DNA of 64,000 nucleotides, from assembly GCA_964016885.1 (NCBI GenBank), contig OZ024743.1, forward strand, positions 303,490,001 to 303,554,000, written 5' to 3'. A program made the position numbers and the translations under genes. Each line of letters opens with the position of its first letter. The first letter of the stretch is position 1. A model generated the notes under the pieces. The model saw nothing but the letters and a program-made list of their open reading frames with translations. It was not told where the DNA came from and did no database searches. The DNA comes from Eledone cirrhosa. Lineage: Eukaryota. This document shows positions 54,605 through 64,000 of the stretch, one piece after another.

Positions 54605-55147
54605 GTACACTATTAATAATTATTAATGCACTCGTGCAATGCCTGTGCGTGACGAATATTTTTAAAGTGAGGAAAGACTGTGCACTGAGCCAATCCCACT
54701 CTCTGAGCGACAGTAGCTATAACCCGAAAAGAAGAAAAGATCAACATCATCGGTAATTACTGAGGCGCAGGTTTTATATCGGAGTTAACCCAGTTTCCTG
54801 AGATGCTTTCTCCTAGAAGAATACCCTGACAAGGGCTAGGGGTTCTTCACTCCCAGTGGTTTGACTGCGCGATCGGGCATCCAGCCCGATTATTTCTATG
54901 TCCCCGCGCAAAAAAATAAAAAATAAAAAAAATCACTTATTGACACTTATACGTACGACATACACACACACGCATACATATGCGTGCACACAGCAACACT
55001 CATACATACAACAAACACACACACACGCTACTCTACTCACTTACACCCACACACACACATATATATATATATATATTACCGTCATTACTGATACAAGATT
55101 ACAAGATTATGTCAACCGTATACATACATACATACATACATGCATAC

Positions 55148-55216
<69 letters not shown>

Positions 55217-55219
55217 TAA

Positions 55220-55590
55220 ATGGAAAAGAAAATCCTGACACATTGTTCACAGTGAAAAATAGTTTAATTAGGAATAAGTGAGAATGAATAATTGTATTGG
55301 TTAGTATTCAGTTTTGGTTTTAAGTTTTACCGGTTGCGCATTTCTAATGCTTTTCAAAAATAATTTTGAGATAGAGCGTCCCTGATGCTTGCTCTGATCT
55401 GATTAGTTTTGGGAATTCTACCTGTATTTATGTGAAAAAAATTGGCTCCAGCGGTATTAAAATAAGTTTCGCGCCAATTCGTGTTGCAAAAATTCTTGTT
55501 GTCAAAACAATTTTGATTGGTCGGTAGAGGTCATGTGAATGTTAAAAATTGATTTTGCGCCAAATGTAGGTTTGTGTCGGCTGATTGAGA
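55220..55590 (-). mobile_element. Decayed Penelope-like GIY-YIG fragment
   Basis: Remnants similar in pattern to the PLE ends at 870-1121 and 34660-35305; heavily degraded. Confidence 0.4.
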
Positions 55591-55620
55591 AGTCACTGGA
55601 AAATAAGTCTTTCAAAACAA

Positions 55621-55654
<34 letters not shown>

Positions 55655-55753
55655 TAGTAGTAGTAGTAGTAAAGAGGTTCTTTGTTGTGATAATGGTCAG
55701 CAGGGATGTGTGTGCGAACCGCCGCCTGTTGACAGTTCAAGTGCCTATTAAGA

Positions 55754-55787
<34 letters not shown>

Positions 55788-55990
55788 GCAGAGTACTTTG
55801 TGGTAGAGGGATGGTCTGTAGGAATGTGTCTGTAAGTGTGTGAGGGATATTTTAACATGGTAAAAGATATTTTTCAGCTCTTGTCTTATACGGAGATGTG
55901 TGTTTGTGGGTGTGTGTGTGTGTGCGTGCATGTGTGTGTGTGTGTGTATATGTATCTTTGTATGTTAATGTACGCGTGTGTATAAGTGTG

Positions 55991-56084
<94 letters not shown>

Positions 56085-56539
56085 AATGTGTGTGTGTGTG
56101 TGTGTGTGTGGGTGGACCAGTATTTATTGCTGGTAAAATGGTGTACATTATTTGGTATTTTCAGTAAAAATGATTCTCTCAATAGAACACCAAAAACCTT
56201 AATAATAAAAGGTGTGAAATGATATTGTCATAATACCAAGGTGTGTGTGAGTGTATCCAGATTGTACGTACTGAAAGGGGAATCCATTAGGCTGTGCCGT
56301 ATTGGAATACTTGTGTATAAATATGTATGTGCCCATCAGTGTGCAATGCATGTGTGCGTTTATATATGTGTATAATCGGCACGTTTATATCTATACACAT
56401 CAAAAGGTATGCCAATTTGTGTATATTTGTGATGCACCATAGAACATGTGTGTTTACGGATGTCATTGTGTTTATATGTGGATAGAGATGTATGCTGATG
56501 GAGGTATGTATGTTGACGTGTGTATGTTGTCGGTTCGTC

Positions 56540-58540
56540 TTAGGGAGAAGGGTTTAGACGGTGTTCGTATTTGTTAATAAAGTAAGATTCCTTGCTGATG
56601 CGCTGGGTGTGGGTGGCATTATCTTTAAATTTGTAGAGGGGAAAGATTCTGAAGATGGGATGATTTTGGGCGGCACAGGTGTCAATGTGTTCACTCAGTG
56701 GTATTTTCCTGTATTCCCGTATTTTAATTTGGGATCTATGGACAGTCATGCGTTGGCAGAGGCTGTTTTTGTTCTGGCCTATGTATTGTTCTTGACAACT
56801 TGAGCAAGTTAATAGATATATTAGATTTTCTGATGCGCATGTGAAATTGTGTTTTACTATAAAACGTTGTCCTTCTTTGAAATAGAATTCCGAACCTTCT
56901 ATTAGGTTGATGCATATGCCACAGTTGGGTCTATCGCATTTTTTTACTGTGGGTCTCGTTGTTGTGGTTGGCAGTACTTTGGCATGTGTTAGGAAGTGTT
57001 TCATTGACTTAGATTGTCTTTTGCTCTTTAGGATATCGTCGTTCGTAGGATTTGGCTCATTCTATGGTCATTTTTCAACACAGGGATGTTCTGGAGGATG
57101 GTGTCAAATGCCTCATTGTGTGGAGAAGTATGGAAGAGCTTTTAGTTTCGGTTGATTTACTTTAGTGTGTCTAAGGTCCTGGGTACTGAGTTTTAGGGCA
57201 CGTTGGACTCCATTGTCAATTAGTGATGCAGGGTAGTCCCTGCCTATGAGTGTGTCCTTTAGTTCTTGTAGCCGTAAGTAGCCGGTGTTTTTATTGGAGA
57301 CTATAGTACAGATTCTCTTGGCTAAGTTGTAGGGAATATTAATGTTAACGTGTCTAGGGTGGCAAGAGTTGAAAGGAAGATATTGCTTGGAGTCTGTGGG
57401 CTTGTAGTATATGTCTGTTTCTATTTTTTGTTATGGATCTTAATGAGGATGTCGAGGAAGGGGAGTTGTTGATGGCTGTATTCCATCGTGAAGTTAATAT
57501 TCGTGTTGAGCCCATTTATAAGGGTGTGAAATTCTTTAAGTTTCTCGATGTTTTCGTGCCAAAGGATGAAGCACTCATCTAGATATCGCTTCCAGTTCCT
57601 TTCTATGTGTAAGTGGAGAGTGTTTCCAAATTTGTTTAGGACTTTAGTGTAGAGGGTGATTTCTAGGTATCCCATGACTAGGTTGGCATAAGTGGGGGCT
57701 GTTTTCGTTCCCATAGCGGTCCCAGATTTTTGCCTGTAGGGTTTGTTATTGAAAACGAAGTAATTGTTCTCCAAGCAATTGTTCTCACGAATTCTTTGTT
57801 GATGCGTTGTGGGAGTTCATTGTGGTAATTATCCAGCCAGAATTGGATAGCTTCTATTCCTAGATTGTGGGGATGTTGGAGTATAGTTTGACTACATCGA
57901 ACGTCACTAGTAGGGTTTGTTCAGAAAGGGGCATATTGGGGAGGTGATTGAGCATATCTAGGTCGTCCCTTGTATAGCTTTTGATGTGTTTGAAAAAAGG
58001 CTTGAGAAGGGTATCAATGAAGTTGCTAAGGCGGTGGGTTTCGCAAGCGGGGCCTGCTATTATAGGTCTTAATTTGAGATCATTGGGTGTGGGGACATTG
58101 ATGACTATGTCTGTGGCTTCCTTGCATGCCTTACTTATTAATTCGCTTTTATGTACTTTAGGGATACCGTAGAAAAGGCTGGATTTAATTGTGAAGTCTG
58201 TGATGAAGCTGATTTCCTTGTTAGTGAGTCCCGCTTTGTATTGGTTGATCATAGTTTTTAGGTTTCACATGATGTTCTGTTGATTGTAGTGTTCAGCCTT
58301 TTCGTAGTTTGTTTCGTTTTCCAAAGTAGAGAGCTCTAAGTTCATAGAGAATTCTGTCTCCATTAGGTCTACTGTACTCCCTTTATCAGCCTCTTTAATT
58401 GTAATGGTTCTGTCGGTTTTTAATCTATTTAATTCTTCCCGTTCTTTCTTTTAGAGGTTTGGCTTGTGTTTTTGTCTGTGCAAGTGTTGGTAAGGGAAGT
58501 TTGTGTATATATATATATATACACAAACTTCCCTTACCAA
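56540..58540 (-). mobile_element. Penelope-like element (Neptune-like Cys linker), frameshifted
   Basis: FYGIPKVHK, LKLRPIIAG, FDVVKLYSNIP, YRQKSGTAMGT..APTYANL, LPFLDI; C..PNC.IC linker; NLIYLLTC..C...YIGQ GIY-YIG. Confidence 0.88.
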
Positions 58541-58802
58541 TATATATATATATACATATATAGATATATAGATATATATATATAGAGAGAGAGTAGTTAA
58601 GTATCGAGAGAGAGAAAAAAAGAAGAAATAGGTGATACATGTAGTTGTTTGCCAATAGCATATGCAAGGGATGATCAATGCGTGTACCTGCAGTGTCAAA
58701 TATTAGAAGTGTTAATAGCTAGTGGGCGAGAAAATCAGCAGAGCGGATACACGTTGAGAGATGTATAAAGTAGAACAAACCGTTAAAATATGTTTATTTA
58801 AA

Positions 58803-58847
58803 ATACCACCTACGTACGTTTCGCCCGAAAGGGCTTCTCAAGGGCAT
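58803..58847 (-). ncRNA. Minimal hammerhead with U3-A8 core variant, upstream of the PLE ORF
   Basis: CC UUGAGAA GCCC-UUUC-GGGC GAAA CGUACG UA GG: perfect stem II, palindromic stem III, weak stem I. Confidence 0.6.
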
Positions 58848-59140
58848 AAAAGCTAAAAAGCGTTCCTTACATGACCCGGAATGGGTTTTTAGAAATAACT
58901 TCACGTCACAGTTCATTTTTCGTAACAAAACATGTATTGATTTTGCAGTAGGGAGATAACTCTAGCCGGTGTTAGAGCAGCAATTCTCCAGGTGACTTTT
59001 TATGTGTCATTACTTTTTATATATATATATATATAAGAACGAGTAGGACCCCGACGGCTGAGCTCAAGCCGTTTCGACGGCTAATTGAGTACTTTGGTGC
59101 GTTATGGTGGTCCATCTGGTTCCTTACCACATTTCCTTCG

Positions 59141-59215
<75 letters not shown>

Positions 59216-59499
59216 AGTATACATATATATAGGCAAATATGTATATATATATATATTTAAGTATACATATATATTTGCAAATATGTATATATATATATAT
59301 AGTAATAATAATCAATTTAGAGGGCTCGATAAGGATAAATATATATCAAATATATAAGAACCGTAGAGCAAATATTTATTAAACTTTAATCTATTATTTA
59401 TATATATATATATATAGTAATAATAATAAAATTGAAGACTAAATCCAGAGAGGGCTCGATAAGGAAAATATATAACAAATATATAAGAACCGAAGAGCA

Positions 59500-59953
59500 A
59501 ATATTTATTAAAATAACAGATTAAAGTTTAAGCAAAGAATCGCTGCTTTCACCCTTAACGGGATCTTCTGAAACTAACAAAGTCAATCTGTAAACGCAGA
59601 ACTGGATATTTCAAAAAACGTTGCAACCGGAGGAAGACAGGAAGACGATACTTTGGTTCATGGTGAAACATTAGTCTACGACCTCTTTTATACCATAAAC
59701 GTGATTCTGTCCTTGCACGTAATTGTTTTTCACCGCCCCTATTAATGACGTATTATTCGTTTTTTCCCGTTCTTTGCCAGCGAACGTCACCATGAACCAA
59801 AGTATCGTCTTCCTGTCTTCCTCCGGTTGCAACGTTTTTTGAAATATCCAGTTCTGCGTTTACGGATTGACTTTGTTAGTTTCAGAAGATCCCGTTAAGG
59901 GTGAAAGCAGTGATTCTTTGCTTAAACTGTAATCTGTTATTTTAATAAATATA
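59500..59953. mobile_element. Fold-back element with inverted arms of about 165 bp next to (TA)n
   Basis: About 59502-59666 pairs with about 59788-59952. Preceded by a direct repeat of about 63 bp (59319 and 59449). Confidence 0.8.
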
Positions 59954-59961
59954 TATATATG

Positions 59962-60035
<74 letters not shown>

Positions 60036-60161
60036 TTATATAAAAACATATATACATATACATATATCTATATCTATATATTCATATATATATACATAAT
60101 ACATATATATATATGTGTGTGTGTGTGTGTGTATATATATATACATATATACATATATATA

Positions 60162-60207
<46 letters not shown>

Positions 60208-60703
60208 CGTGTGTGTGTGCGTGTGTTTTTCTATGATGTATAAATAATCTGACATTCTTCGGTTCTGTTTGATGCGTCCTTTATGTTTGCTTTTTTCACT
60301 AAATCAGTGAGTCAAATTTAATATTAATATTGTCTCTGGCTCTACTTGCCGCATTGTGTTGAATTAAATACCGTGTTTATTTCATTAAATCGAAACATTG
60401 CTTTATGTCTAGAAAAGCTCTGTTCATACACACTTGCGTTTAAACTGTTTTTAGAATTTAATTATATTTTATAGGTATATTGGCAATAGAATATTGCTCT
60501 TAATATCAACAAGTCTATGGCATATTAATTTCCTTCGCGGACTGCAATGCCTATATATTTCAAATTCCACGTTCAGTGAAGTTCGATATTAAAAAGTTGA
60601 TACGTATGTATACCTGATACACAAAGCACGTGCCTACACTCACGCACACATGCATACACACATATATGTATAAATATAAGTATAATACCTACTTCTCTCT
60701 ATC

Positions 60704-60836
<133 letters not shown>

Positions 60837-61199
60837 GTATATATACATATATAAATATATGTATGTTTTAAGGATTTACGTAGAAAAGTTAAAGGAAAGA
60901 AGAGTGATCTATGTATAGTACAGAGTTATGTAACTGCATAATAAACAACACAATATAATTATTCAATTACCAAAGGTTTCAGGAAACTAGAGGATCATTC
61001 CAGAAACGTCCAGATCGTTCAACAGATGAAACGGATTTCTTATGGGTATAAAGTTTGAAATTAATATCTATTGAACATTAAGTGAGACTGGGTTAAGATA
61101 ACATCTTATAACGGAAAAATATATATATACTTGTATACACACATTTAATTAAACATGTATACACACATCAAATACATGCGTGCATCTATAACTACATCC

Positions 61200-62000
61200 T
61201 TCTCCCCCTGTTGAAGTAAAATCCCCCCAACGCACTTGGGATGCCTTCCAGTTGCAGCCTGGCCTCAAACAGGCTCACGCGCCAGCTCGACCAGCACCAC
61301 CTTGCTTGTTTTCGTGCGGCCGCCAAAGGCCACAGTGGTACCTGGCTCCATGCCAGGCCCTCCATCTCCACTGCCACGCAGCTAGACAACCATAGCCTGG
61401 GAATCGGCGTTTTCATGAGGCTCGGCTTCCGGATCTGCCAGCCACACCAATGTCGTTGCGGTTCCACCGTGGACTCTTTCGGCCTCCTCCCGCTTTCCTG
61501 TCGCCACAGTGCCGGCCGCATTCCACGCCATGCTGCTCTTAATGAGGTCATTAAGCATTGCTTGGACGCTGCAGCCTTCCTTTCCGAGCTCGAGCCGATG
61601 GGGCTGGATCGAGGGGACGGCAAAAGGCCACATGGCATGACCGTCTTACCGTTCCGCGGTGGCAAACCCCTCGTCTGGGATGCCACTTGCACCGACACTT
61701 TCTGCAGCTGCAACCTGGTGCAGTCTGCGACTGACCCAGATTCTGCTACACGTCGGGCTGAAGGGGCCAAACTCCTCAAATACCGGTCGCCCTCCGACAG
61801 GTTTGCGGTCGTTCCCCTGGCAGTGGATACTTCTGGTGTCCTCGGCCCCAGGGCTACCTCCTTACTCACCACCATAGGCGCTGAGCTAGCTAGCCGCAGG
61901 TGTGAGGCCCGCGAGTTGGAGTGGCTTTTCCAGCGTCTCCCTTGCCGTCCTCCGGGGAAACGCCCTATCCAATCTGTTCGCCGGGGCTGTGGGCGGGCCC
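61200..62000 (+). mobile_element. CRE-clade-like non-LTR retrotransposon 3' fragment (RLE domain)
   Basis: CRCG..VD..G...LSC....GR..RH..LN, EP.GL...DGKRP(H)G.T..P...GK.LVWD.TC. The catalytic PD is mutated to PH. Confidence 0.75.
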
Positions 62001-62021
62001 CATCGCGTACCATTACATTAG

Positions 62022-62116
62022 GAAATTAACTTTGCCTTTCATCCTTACGGGGTCGATAAAATAAAGTACTAGTAATGTCCTGTGTAATTTCTGGCCTTGT
62101 GCCAATAGTAGAAACA
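62022..62116 (+). mobile_element. 5'-truncated SINE copy with 10-bp TSD
   Basis: Matches the 3' half of 18621-18838. attacattag at 62012-62021 and 62117-62126. Confidence 0.8.
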
Positions 62117-62734
62117 ATTACATTAGTTAAATATCATTCTTTCATCTGATACAACACAATAAAGACTAAAGTGTTTAAAAAAAAAAGAATTTATGTTTAA
62201 GTCAAAAAAGAAAAAGAATTATATCCAGTATTTCCAAATACATTCTTACATAGGTATATAACAGTGTCAACCACATATATATTGTGTTTATATATATATG
62301 TTTGTAGATTTATATATATATATATCTTGTATATATATATGTATATGTATACACACACACATTCAACACAGAGTAGAGAGTTTGACAGCAGGTCGGTGAC
62401 TTTAGTCTAGATAGGGTACGACATGTGTAAATGTAAATGTGGTGGTAGGGAGAGAGTGTAGACGTGATTGTGGTACGGGGGCAGTGAGATGTATCTAGTT
62501 CATTTGTCCGTTTTCTTCTCTTTGCAAAATGTGAATGTTAGCCATGTTATATTGAGATGTACGTAAATGTAAAATGTAAAATATAAATAAGGATTGCTCT
62601 GCTAAAATATATGAAAATATTTGTGTAATTTCCACTAACTTCTGTCGTGACATTCCCGAGTCTAGTGACCAAAAAATTGTTGTATTTTGATGTTTCAGAA
62701 AATAAAAATTAATTAAAAACTTACCCCAACAGGA

Positions 62735-64000
62735 ATGAACTTATGGTGGCTGCTGGGATGTGTAATCGAGGAGGGGACAGACACTACCCTCCTGGATATC
62801 AAAAGGACAGAGAGAGAAGACTGGTACGGAATGGATTTGGAGATTCTTCTCCAAATGAACCTGGAGGACATGAACAACATCCTGGATTTCCTGCAGGACG
62901 GGACAACAATCCAACTAATCACTAAGGGAAGAGGCCACACTGCTTCGTATGCAGGGAAGCAACGCATCTTCAATCCTTCTGCCCTCAGCGCAAACATGTA
63001 GGGGGTTGCAAACCTCCTTTGTTCCCAACGCCAGTGCCAGCACGGAAAGCTGCACCACTACCACCAAAAACAACACCAACAAAGACACGGACATCAACAT
63101 CAAAAACAGCCGGACCACCACCATCACCGACACCAATCCAGGGGAAAACGAGGAAAGCTCTCCCTTTCCCACTATCCTCCCCCAATTATACACATAGACA
63201 AAACAATAAACGTACACACAGACACAGATACACTTACAGGAACAGGCCCTTTGTCTTTGAGCAGCGAAGATGAAGGAAAACCCAAAAGTGCAAAAAAACA
63301 GAGAAAACTCACCAAAAAAAAGCCCCAACAAAACACAAAAACATACACAACAAAAAATACATACACCACTAACGCAAACAGTTCCCCAATAACATCACCA
63401 CCAACAGCAACATCCACACCACCCCCACAATCCCCGAAACGCAAACAACCTAAACAAACACACAAATATCTGAAATTGCAGACACCACACCAGCAACAAA
63501 CACAGACATACCCGAAACAACACCACCAAAACCATCACCACCACAGTCACCAAAACGAAAACAAATAAAACCACACCAACAAAATGTTAAAGACTCGTGC
63601 TAGTCAGAAGGGCCAACGATAAACTGATGGTCCTCTTAGCACGAAGCGAGGACATTCAAACAGAGGGGGTGAATTTTTAAATGAGCACATTTTGCGTGAC
63701 AGAAGATTTGCTTCTCGTCCGAATATCACTCGATTCTTTCAAAGAAATTCGAGAGAGCTTTCCTCAAGACGTGGGAACCCCGAATGTGAAACCCACATCG
63801 AGACTTTTAAAGGAGTTCCCAAAAGAAACCCCACCAACCATGGAGGTCGAACGACCCGACCTTCACAAGACCCCGGGAGGTAAGTAAACCTACCTTATCT
63901 CTTTTAGCTTGCCAACATGGCCATATTAAGAGTAGGTAATTTAAATGTTCGCGGCCTGGGGTCACTCTGGAAGCAGGGTCGCCTGCTCAACGACCTCAGG
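62735..64000 (+). mobile_element. Tx1/L1-like LINE: decayed gag-like ORF1 and start of ORF2 (runs off the window)
   Basis: CX2CX4HX4C knuckle CFVCREATHLQSFC at 62941-62982. ATG at 63917 opens MAILRVGNLNVRGLGSLWKQ, an APE N-terminus. Confidence 0.65.

Noticed and set aside
61192-62013. 273-aa minus-strand ORF
   Set aside because: Antisense shadow of the GC-rich CRE-like RLE fragment on the plus strand.

Overview
AT-rich, microsatellite-dense eukaryotic DNA made almost entirely of repeats; no host protein-coding exon could be supported. The recurring tRNA-derived SINE and repeat landscape resemble cephalopod (Octopus) genomes (inference). The main feature is a 14.35 kb array (3607-17961) of 31 near-identical 469-bp units. 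Each unit carries a type I hammerhead ribozyme (CUGAUGA / stem II / GAAA / CUAG / GUC), so this is a retrozyme-like array rather than a plain satellite. It is split into four blocks of alternating orientation, and all three switches involve the same 25-bp internal palindrome. A diverged relative with its own hammerhead lies near 22 kb, and further intact, variant or half hammerheads occur in fold-back remnants inserted in (TA)n. The rest comprises Penelope-like elements (several decayed, one with 1.5-kb inverted arms), an intact 1130-aa R4/Dong-clade retrotransposon, a frameshifted RTE LINE, CR1-, CRE- and Tx1/L1-like fragments, two Tc1/mariner relics, a probable non-autonomous Helitron, and SINEs with TSDs. 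All structures were read by eye; no folding or database search was run.
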